This document shows positions 56,974-64,000 of a stretch of DNA of 64,000 bases, piece by piece (position 1 is the first letter of the stretch; every line of letters begins with the position of its first letter). The notes beneath the pieces were generated by a model. It was not told the origin of the DNA. It saw only the letters and a program-made list of their open reading frames with translations, and made no database searches. Both the position numbers and the translations under genes were made by a program. The stretch is from Chloroflexota bacterium. Its GTDB lineage: Bacteria; Desulfobacterota; Binatia; UBA9968. Location of the stretch: positions 4,350 to 68,349 of the forward strand of contig JBLMXG010000023.1 of NCBI GenBank assembly GCA_050257635.1, written 5' to 3'.

Positions 56974-58101
56974 CTATTTCACTCGATGTTCTTTGACGGC
57001 GTCTTCGTTGAGCTCCAGGCCTAGCCCGGGTTTTTCCGTCAATGTGATCCAACCGTTGACCGGTCCCGGCAGATCTTTGTAAATAGTGTTGGCAGTGAGC
57101 CAGTTGTTGACGTGAACCTCGGCACGCCAGCCGTTTGGCACCGCGGCGTGCAAGTGGATATCGAAGTGGTCGCCGTTGCCGACCGCAAGATTGAAGGCGT
57201 GGGCCAATCCCACCGTCTTCATGCCCATGGTATAGCCGCCCACCGAAAGCACATGGATGTTCAGAAAGTCGACCGAGTCGTGCTTGACCAGATCGGCTAA
57301 TTTGGAAAAATTCTCCCATTGGCCGGCGGCGATCGGAATGCTTGTGTGCTTGCGCAGCTGAGACAGCAGGTGCGGGTCGTTGTGCACTATCGGTTCCTCG
57401 AACCACATGAGATTGTAAGGCTCGAAGCGCTTGCACCAGCGCACCGCGGCATCGAATTTCATCAGACAGTTGGCGTCGGCCATCAGTTCCACGGCGTCGC
57501 CGACGGCTTCGCGCACGGCACGAAGCCGTGCTTCGTCTTCGGCCGGATTGTCTTCGCGGTGCTCGCCGCTGGCACCCGAAGGATCCACTGCGCCGCGAAT
57601 GTTGGAGCGACCGACCTGGATTTTGAGCCGGCTCTGGCCGTTGGCGACCCAGTATTTTGCGGCCTCCGCCAGCTCGTTCCGGCTATAAGCGCGCAGTCCA
57701 AAGGTGATGTAAGCGGGCAGCGACTTTTGCGCACCGCCGAGCAAACGCCAGACCGGCGCATTGTAAAATTTTCCCTTGATGTCCCAGAGCGCCACGTCGA
57801 TGGCGCTGACCGCGAAGTTCCACACCCCGGCGTGGGCGCGCGTGTTGAACTTCCACAACATCTGGTGCATCAGGCGCTCGTTTTCCAGCGGGTCCTGGCC
57901 TTTCAAAAAAGGCAGCAGCTCCTGCTGGATGAAAGCGGCGGTGGCCGAATGCATGAAACCGCCGAATTGAGAAACGCCGACAATCCCGCCGTCAGTCTTC
58001 ACTTTTAGCAACCGCGCGGCCGTGCGCACCGGCTTTTTAAAGAGTGGCGGTGTGACCGGGATGTTTTGCAGCTCGATAATTTCGATGTCGGCTATCTTCA
58101 A
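56974..58101 (-). CDS. Mandelate racemase / muconate lactonizing enzyme family (enolase superfamily)
   Basis: MR/MLE N-terminal capping and TIM-barrel metal-ligand pattern (KFDAAVRWCKRFEPYNLMWFEEP). TTG at 58101 is preceded by AAAGGAG, giving M-KIADIEII. Confidence 0.8.
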   Translation of the reverse strand: MKIADIEIIELQNIPVTPPLFKKPVRTAARLLKVKTDGGIVGVSQFGGFMHSATAAFIQQELLPFLKGQDPLENERLMHQMLWKFNTRAHAGVWNFAVSAIDVALWDIKGKFYNAPVWRLLGGAQKSLPAYITFGLRAYSRNELAEAAKYWVANGQSRLKIQVGRSNIRGAVDPSGASGEHREDNPAEDEARLRAVREAVGDAVELMADANCLMKFDAAVRWCKRFEPYNLMWFEEPIVHNDPHLLSQLRKHTSIPIAAGQWENFSKLADLVKHDSVDFLNIHVLSVGGYTMGMKTVGLAHAFNLAVGNGDHFDIHLHAAVPNGWRAEVHVNNWLTANTIYKDLPGPVNGWITLTEKPGLGLELNEDAVKEHRVK

Positions 58102-58371
58102 TGCGAGTCTCCTTTGCTGCAGTGAAAAGTCCTGCGACGCCGATAAAAAGCAATACCGATACGAACGGCGAGCATTTCTTCCTCGGTATTTTCTTTTTAC
58201 AAGCGTGCGCATAATAGTCTGACCGTCGTGCCGATAACAAGGCTAACGTGAAACCATTCGCCGCTGCCTAATCTCAATTCAGCTAAGTCCGCGCCGATGG
58301 GAGAGCGGCGCCCGTAGCGGCTTATTCGCAATCGACGGGACGAGGGAGAGGGACAGGCGCAGTCGGCTATT

Positions 58372-59613
58372 TTACCCCGCTACGGCGCGCATGCGACCGA
58401 TGCTGAATAGGACGACGGCCGCGGCAACGCCGCAGATCACGGCGGACGCTTCGAAAGTGCCCTGAATGCCGATCAGCGAAGCGACGCCGCCGAGTATCAA
58501 CCCCCCGATGGACCAGAGGCCACGGTCCATAAAGAAAAAGCTCAAGACCCGGCCGAGCAGATGCGGCGGTGTGTTGGCTTGCAAGGCTGTGTTGACCGAA
58601 GCGCGAAAAGCGATGAAGCAGAAGCCCACGGCGAGCAGCAGCAGAAGCGACAGAAAGAAAAAGTGCGACAAGGCAAAAAGACCGAGAAATAGCGCGTAAC
58701 CGAGAACGAGGGCGCCAACCCAGAATAGATTCGGACTGGCTTGGCCCACTGAGGCGAGCCATAGCCCAGCGACGGTCGCGCCGATTCCTGGCGCGGACAT
58801 GAGCAGGCCAAAGCCGCCTGCGCCGACGTGCAACACGTTGGTAGCGAAGACTGGCACGAACGTCACGTAAGGGGCGCCGACCAGGGCGACCACATAGGAC
58901 AGCGCGATGATCGAGAACATCTGTGAATTGCTTCTGAGATAACCAAAGCCTTCACTGACTTCGCTCCACAAACCGACCTCACGGCGCGCTGGGCTCCAGG
59001 GCGGGAGCTCCATCAACAAAAGCGTCGCGATCAAGGCAAGAAAGCTCACGGCGTTCACAAAGAAGCAGCCGGCGATACCGACCAGCGCGATCACCAACCC
59101 GCCGATAGAAGGACCGAGGATGCGCGACAGATTGAAAACCGAGGCGTGCAGCGCGATGGCATTGGACAAATCTTCCTTGGGAACCAAACCGTTCACCAAG
59201 GACTGGCGCGCGGTCTGATTGACCGTGTTCACGATTCCCAAGAAGCAGGCGAGGAACAAAATATGCCAGTAACGAATAAAATCGAAGTAAACCGCAAACC
59301 AGTAAATGAACGCCTGCGCCATGCCCAGGCTCTGAGTGACGATCAACAGGCGCCGCCGATCCAGCCGATCGGTGAGCGCGCCACCGAGCGCGCCTAAAAA
59401 AAGCCGAGGTATGCTGTCGAAGAAACCGACCAGCCCGAGAAGAAAAGCGGAACGGGTCAAGTGCCAAACCAACCAAGCCTGTGCGACGTTTTGCATGAAG
59501 TCGCCGGCATTGGACAAGAGCGCGCCGATCACGAGCAGCCGGAAGTTGCGATGGCGCAAGGATTTGAGCGTTTGCAGTCGCGAAAAACTAAACATCGATA
59601 GCCGCGGAGTCAA
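58372..59613 (-). CDS. MFS transporter, MFS_3 / EntS-like family (third copy in window)
   Basis: RNFRLLVIGALLSNAGDF start typical of the family, 12 hydrophobic segments. Confidence 0.75.
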   Translation of the reverse strand: MTPRLSMFSFSRLQTLKSLRHRNFRLLVIGALLSNAGDFMQNVAQAWLVWHLTRSAFLLGLVGFFDSIPRLFLGALGGALTDRLDRRRLLIVTQSLGMAQAFIYWFAVYFDFIRYWHILFLACFLGIVNTVNQTARQSLVNGLVPKEDLSNAIALHASVFNLSRILGPSIGGLVIALVGIAGCFFVNAVSFLALIATLLLMELPPWSPARREVGLWSEVSEGFGYLRSNSQMFSIIALSYVVALVGAPYVTFVPVFATNVLHVGAGGFGLLMSAPGIGATVAGLWLASVGQASPNLFWVGALVLGYALFLGLFALSHFFFLSLLLLLAVGFCFIAFRASVNTALQANTPPHLLGRVLSFFFMDRGLWSIGGLILGGVASLIGIQGTFEASAVICGVAAAVVLFSIGRMRAVAG

Positions 59614-60042
59614 AAATGTTGACCCTCATTGATACGCGATTTCTCCAGCGATGCAAACGCCAATCGGGCGAGCACTGGTGAATTATCCGGTTGGAAGCAG
59701 TCGCGGAAATTTTCGTGACTCACGGAGAGATTCGAAAACGATTCAACGCGACTTTCTGAGGTAAAGGGTCGAATGCGTCAACCGCTGGATGCGGTCGCGC
59801 TCGGAGGAATTTAACCCGATAGGGCGTTAGCGATTTTGGTCGATCGAACGTGGGTGAACTAAAAAGGGGTTAAAAGACGGGCGATGTATTTCATGTTAGC
59901 GGCGCCGAACTCATTAGATTATTTAATCTCGGATACAGCAGCTACTGATGCTTCACAGATCCCTCTCCAGCAGAATGAAAATCTAGATGGTCGTGCAGCA
60001 AGATATCGCTTTGGCATGATAACGATAAGCGGCTGAGTTTAC

Positions 60043-60396
60043 TTACTGGCGCGCCGACTGAGATCGCTCGATTTCGTCAGCTATCAATCGTCGCTGCGCG
60101 GTTACCCGAGCGATCTCAACTTTTTTCTCGGTGATGTAAGCAAGATGTTCCACCTCGGCCACGTCGTGCTCTTCCGCCCAAAGCCGGTCAGCCGCACGCA
60201 AAGCCTGTTCCGCTCTTTCCAGAGCCGCGCCGGCCTTCTTTACGATCAGCGGGTCTTGGCGCGCCTGTTGATAGGCCTCGTGCGCCCTTTCTAACGCCGG
60301 ATTGCGAACGGCCGCGCACGAGACCGCGACCAACGACCCTAACACACACGCTAGCTGGGTTTGGCGCGAGATCAGTGAGATTCTCCACAATCGCAT
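60043..60396 (-). CDS. DUF4398-like lipoprotein
   Basis: Lipobox AVSCAA, helical Ala/Glu/Arg-rich body. Confidence 0.55.
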   Translation of the reverse strand: MRLWRISLISRQTQLACVLGSLVAVSCAAVRNPALERAHEAYQQARQDPLIVKKAGAALERAEQALRAADRLWAEEHDVAEVEHLAYITEKKVEIARVTAQRRLIADEIERSQSARQ

Positions 60397-60405
60397 AAGC
60401 TCCTC

Positions 60406-60834
60406 CTATGGAGATTCATGGCTGAGCGATTTTCTTGACTCAAGTTCGGCTTTCGTCGGCGGGGTGTCGCCTTTGTGCGGCACCTGACCGGCGGCGCGGC
60501 GCATGATCTCAGCCTCGGCCTTCGCTTCGGCAAGCTCCGCGTCTACCTGAGCGCTTTCGGCGAAACGGCGCGCCTCGATATAGTTCTCGGTGGCCATGGC
60601 CTGCTTGGCTCTGGCTATTTTTTCTCGGGCATTTTTCAAATCGGCGGGTGCGAATTCATCGGCACGAGCCTCGTCGGCCGCGCGCAAGCCGAGTTCTGCG
60701 TTTGCCAGTATATCGGTCGGCGGCCTTGCCGTGCTGCAACCGGCGAATGCGATGAGGGCAGCGGTTGTCCAGCTCCAAAATCGTTTACTTCCTCGGGGCA
60801 TGGTTCCGCAGCGAACATGATGGATCCAGCTCAT
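60406..60834 (-). CDS. DUF4398 lipoprotein
   Basis: Lipobox AFAGCST; ANAELGLRAADEARADEFAPADLKNAREKIARAKQAMATENYIEARRFAESAQVDAELAEAKAEAE matches the DUF4398 repeat pattern. AGGAG RBS. Confidence 0.65.
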   Translation of the reverse strand: MSWIHHVRCGTMPRGSKRFWSWTTAALIAFAGCSTARPPTDILANAELGLRAADEARADEFAPADLKNAREKIARAKQAMATENYIEARRFAESAQVDAELAEAKAEAEIMRRAAGQVPHKGDTPPTKAELESRKSLSHESP

Positions 60835-61216
60835 GAGATAGCTCCTGGCTAAAAGCCATTACCGATGGCCTGAATCGATCAGAGGATCTGAAAGACAAAC
60901 GTCTTTAGACAAATTATATAACCTCGCTTCGCCTTCACAAGGTCTGGCGACCAGGATCGAATGCCCAATAGATTTATCTCCCCGCTGGCTCGACCTCTCG
61001 CGCTACCCGGCCCGTTGGGGGATACCAATCACGGCGACCGTTCCAGGGGTGGTAGCACTTTGGATGGTCGTGCTCGTTGACAAATCAGTCTCGGACCGGA
61101 TATTTCCAGAACAAGAGCTGCGATACCCTTGCGGGAATTCGAGTGCGGCCGGCTCACTTGTGCCGGTTAGCGCTCAAGCGATTTCTGATAATGTCTTTTA
61201 GAGGAGGATTTCAACC

Positions 61217-62380
61217 GTGGTAATGCTGGGCACCGACATGAAAGTCGCGGAGACCCCGAAAGAGGGCCTCAAAGATTTTGTCTTAGCTGATCCTTACGCG
61301 GAGTGGCTCAGGAAAGAAGGTGTGAAGGTCTACGAGGATTATTACTTTCCGAGCCTGGCGAAAATCGAGCTCGGACCCTGGGAACGCAAGGGCGGTAGCG
61401 GCGCAGTGGTTCACATCAACAACAACCACATGCCCAACGACTGTCATGTCGTCGAAATCAAGCCCGGCGGCAAGTCCGAGCCCGAGCACCATATGTATGA
61501 GCTGACGTTTTACGTGGTATCGGGGCGCGGCGCCACTTCGGTTTGGCATGACGAGAAAAAGAAGGCGACCTTCGAGTGGCAGGCCGGCAGTCTGTTTTCG
61601 ATTCCGCTCAACGCCTGGTACCAAAATTTCAACGGCAGCGGCCAGGAACCAGCCCGCTACATCGCCGTCACCAACGCTCCACCGATGATGCGGCTGTTTC
61701 GCGACAACCATTTCATCTTCAACAATCCTTATATGTTCACTTCGCGCTTCGGCGGTGAAGACGATTACTTCAGCGGCAAAGGCAAGCTCTATACCCGCCG
61801 GGTGTGGGAATCCAACTTTATCGCCAACGCGCCCGACATGCTGCTCTACGGCTGGAAGGAGCGCGGCGCTGGGGGTATCAACGCTATGCTCGAAATGGCC
61901 AACAATAATACCAAGAGCCATATTTCCGAATTTCCTATCGGGACATATAAAAAGGCCCATCGCCACGGGCCCGGCGCGCACCTGGTGCTGCTGAGCGGTA
62001 CCGGCGGTTACTCACTGATCTGGACGAAGGAAGATCGCTCGGACATGATCAAGTGCGACTGGCAGCTCGGTTCAATGGTCACGGTTCCCAGCGACAACTG
62101 CTTTCACCAGCATTTCAACTCCGGCACGACTCGGGCGCGCTATCTCGCGCTGCGTCCAGGCGACATGGGACTCTACAAGAAGGGGCGGGGCGGCGGCGGC
62201 GAGAACGCCGACCGGAACATAAAAGAGGGCGGCTGGCAGATCGAATACGACGACGAAGACCGCGAGATTCACGAAATCTTCGAAAAAGAGCTCAAGTCGC
62301 ACGGCGCCACTTGCAAGATGAAGGCGTTCGTTCCGTGGTGCACCGGCGAAGTCGGGCCGACGAGCGAACGAGACACCTAG
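61217..62380 (+). CDS. Bicupin protein (gentisate-1,2-dioxygenase-like family)
   Basis: Two cupin motifs (PEHHMYELTFYVVSGRG, AHRHGPGAHLVLLSGTGG). 387 aa. GAGGAGG RBS before a GTG start. Confidence 0.55.
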   Translation: MVMLGTDMKVAETPKEGLKDFVLADPYAEWLRKEGVKVYEDYYFPSLAKIELGPWERKGGSGAVVHINNNHMPNDCHVVEIKPGGKSEPEHHMYELTFYVVSGRGATSVWHDEKKKATFEWQAGSLFSIPLNAWYQNFNGSGQEPARYIAVTNAPPMMRLFRDNHFIFNNPYMFTSRFGGEDDYFSGKGKLYTRRVWESNFIANAPDMLLYGWKERGAGGINAMLEMANNNTKSHISEFPIGTYKKAHRHGPGAHLVLLSGTGGYSLIWTKEDRSDMIKCDWQLGSMVTVPSDNCFHQHFNSGTTRARYLALRPGDMGLYKKGRGGGGENADRNIKEGGWQIEYDDEDREIHEIFEKELKSHGATCKMKAFVPWCTGEVGPTSERDT

Positions 62381-62404
62381 CTCCCAACGAGCAAGCACCG
62401 AATT

Positions 62405-62439
62405 CCCGGTCGCGGCGAGTTTAAAGAGCCGCGACCGGG
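62405..62439 (+). terminator. Hairpin after the bicupin gene (candidate terminator)
   Basis: CCCGGTCGCGGC-GAGTTTAAAGA-GCCGCGACCGGG, 12-bp stem, followed by a GT-rich rather than clean T-tract. Confidence 0.45.
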
Positions 62440-62673
62440 GTGTGTCTTAAATATGTAATCCTCCCGCGGCCAAGAAATTTCGTCGATGATGCCGCAACGA
62501 ACAGTCCCAGAACACGATAATCTGGAACTGCTTCGATTCTGGGCCGTGCTATCGAATCCTGGATTATCCCCCATGATCATTCCTCTGTAAATTCATTGCC
62601 GTGAATTCGCTGCCGACTCTTGGAGTGCGGCACGGAATCGTATACCCTTCCTCGGCCTGGTGGAATTTACAGC

Positions 62674-64000
62674 ATGCACACAGCGCAATCATTTTTGCCG
62701 CTTCTGATCGTCTTTCTGATCGCTTTTGCCGTGCCGATATTATTGTCGCGGCTAAAGCGTCTGTCGATACCCATCGTCGTCGGCGAAATCCTTGCCGGCA
62801 TGGTAGTTGGGCGCAGCGCCCTGGCGGTGGTTCCGGCGAACGATCCGTTTTTGCTCATGCTCGCCGACTTCGGGATTGTATTCTTGATGTTTCTCGCCGG
62901 CATGGAAATCGATTTTCGCAGCTTGCGCTCCTATGCACCGGCGGGCGAGCGGCATGGCGCTAACGGCGTCGATGTCTTTCCGCTGGCCTTGTTACATTTC
63001 ACGCTCACTCTGATTTTGGCCAGCGCCGCGGCTTACATCTTGGTCCGTTTCGGATTGGCGAAAAATATCTGGATCGTGGCGCTCATTTTGTCGACGACTT
63101 CGCTCGGCGTCGTCGTCCCAGTGCTCAAAGAAACCGATCTCATCGCCGAGCGGCTCGGCCAGTTTATCCTGGTGACCGCGGTGATCGCCGACTTTGCGAC
63201 CATGCTCTTGATCACGATCGCCGTGGCGATTGTCTCTCAGGGCTTGACCTTCCACATCCTGCTGATCGCTTTGTTATTCGTGGCCTTTTTCTTGATGCAC
63301 CACTTCGGCGCGATCTTCAACAAGATTCCGGCGCTGCGCCGGACGATTGAAGAGCTGAGCCATGCCACCGCCCAAATCAAAGTGCGCGCCGCGTTTACCG
63401 TCATGCTCGCCTTCGTCGCGCTCGCGGAGAGCCTGGGCTCGGAAATTATCCTCGGAGCGTTTCTGGCAGGAGCGATCGTCGGCCTCTTGCGCACCGCGGA
63501 CGACGCCGACCTGGCCCACCAGCTGGAAGCGATCGGCTACGGTTTTTTTATTCCGATTTTTTTCGTCAAAGTCGGCGTCGAGTTCAATCTGCCGGTTCTG
63601 CTAGCTTCTCCGGGCGCTTTGCTGTTGGTGCCGTTTCTCCTGCTCGGCGCAATTCTGGTCAAAGTGTTACCGGCGCTCGCGTTCACGGTTAATTTTTCGC
63701 TCAAGGAAGCTTTGGCGGCGGGAGCATTGCTGTCGGCGCGGTTGTCGTTGATCATCGCCGCCGCGGCCATTGGCAAGCGTATCGGTGTGATCGGCGAATC
63801 GGTTAATGCGGCAATTATTCTGGTCGCGGTCGTTACGGTTACGACAGCGCCATTGATCTTCGTTCGTTTCGTGCCTGGACGCAAGCGCTCCCGACTCGGC
63901 CGCATTGTCGTCGCCGGCGCGGAGGACTTGGGCATGCATGTGGCGCGCCGGCTCAGGGCCCACCTGGAGCCGCTGTCCATCGTCGACACCGATAGCGAGC
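62674..64000 (+). CDS. Cation:proton antiporter (CPA2/Kef-type) with C-terminal RCK/TrkA-N domain; 3' end outside window
   Basis: My translation from ATG 62674 gives MHTAQSFLPLLIVFLIAFAVPILLSRLKRLSIPIVVGEILAGMVVG... through about 11 TM segments, then a Rossmann-like IVVAGAEDLGMHVARRL. Absent from the ORF track because there is no stop in the window. Confidence 0.8.
   Translation, partial: MHTAQSFLPLLIVFLIAFAVPILLSRLKRLSIPIVVGEILAGMVVGRSALAVVPANDPFLLMLADFGIVFLMFLAGMEIDFRSLRSYAPAGERHGANGVDVFPLALLHFTLTLILASAAAYILVRFGLAKNIWIVALILSTTSLGVVVPVLKETDLIAERLGQFILVTAVIADFATMLLITIAVAIVSQGLTFHILLIALLFVAFFLMHHFGAIFNKIPALRRTIEELSHATAQIKVRAAFTVMLAFVALAESLGSEIILGAFLAGAIVGLLRTADDADLAHQLEAIGYGFFIPIFFVKVGVEFNLPVLLASPGALLLVPFLLLGAILVKVLPALAFTVNFSLKEALAAGALLSARLSLIIAAAAIGKRIGVIGESVNAAIILVAVVTVTTAPLIFVRFVPGRKRSRLGRIVVAGAEDLGMHVARRLRAHLEPLSIVDTDSE

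Noticed and set aside
62667-63989. Minus-strand ORFs 62667-62903, 62752-62955, 62992-63255, 63237-63494, 63274-63519, 63537-63989, 63667-63963 and plus-strand 62601-62963 / 63362-63604.
   Set aside because: All overlap the plus-strand CPA2 antiporter frame, which has membrane-protein character throughout. These are shadow ORFs.
1-64000. Looked for CRISPR-type regularly spaced direct repeats, long tandem repeats, IS-like inverted terminal repeats, integrase/transposase/reverse-transcriptase motifs and rRNA.
   Set aside because: None found by reading. The only structured repeats are the CACAGAG palindrome (51.75-51.84 kb) and the individual hairpins listed.

Overview
High-GC (about 60%) bacterial chromosomal window with a conserved core block followed by a transporter- and hydrolase-rich accessory-like region. 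No rRNA, CRISPR array, transposase, integrase or phage gene is visible.

Positions 1-13.9 kb are an almost unbroken minus-strand housekeeping block. It runs from a partial DapL-like aminotransferase through an NYN/YacP-like protein (plus strand), initiator tRNA-fMet, NUDIX hydrolase, aspartate aminotransferase, coaD/rsmD (ATGA-coupled), Zn-alcohol dehydrogenase, erpA, ftsY, smc, a conserved HNH protein, and a divergent RNase G.

Positions 14.4-18.6 kb hold a three-gene Fe3+-type ABC importer (ATPase, fused double permease, binding protein) behind a 540-nt AT-rich leader.

Positions 18.7-28.5 kb are dense in small-molecule handling genes. The centrepiece is a five-gene, stop/start-coupled minus-strand operon: VOC/glyoxalase-fold protein, DUF1152, two tandem paralogous MFS transporters, DUF1992. 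A second VOC paralog lies just downstream on the same strand; an alpha/beta hydrolase and an isochorismatase-family hydrolase lie upstream. Across a divergent promoter sits a tandem pair of MFS_3 (EntS-like) exporters; a third is at 58.4 kb.

Positions 28.6-39.1 kb carry a DapA-family aldolase, a four-domain rhodanese convergent with a cysteine-dioxygenase-like cupin, UspA, an ACMSD-type amidohydrolase, a SAM methyltransferase, a 2-hydroxyacid dehydrogenase, a tandem-RidA-like protein, a PQQ sugar dehydrogenase and a secreted trypsin-like protease.

Positions 39.3-64 kb carry:
- EamA and YciI-like genes;
- two roughly 550-bp noncoding islands flanking a maleate-isomerase-like gene; one island holds a strongly RBS-equipped 31-codon ORF and a perfect 16-bp hairpin;
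- an unknown secreted 385-aa protein;
- several enzymes typical of aromatic-acid catabolism (FAH, two Asp/Glu-racemase-superfamily proteins, a second amidohydrolase_2, a bicupin dioxygenase-like protein, an MR/MLE enolase, acyl-CoA dehydrogenase);
- four orphan binding-protein-fold genes, one of them split by an in-frame TAA;
- 1-Cys peroxiredoxin with promoter and terminator;
- a periodic R/D/H-rich secreted protein;
- a GxxExxY protein next to a CACAGAG-based palindrome;
- tandem DUF4398 lipoproteins;
- a 3'-truncated CPA2 (Kef-type) antiporter.
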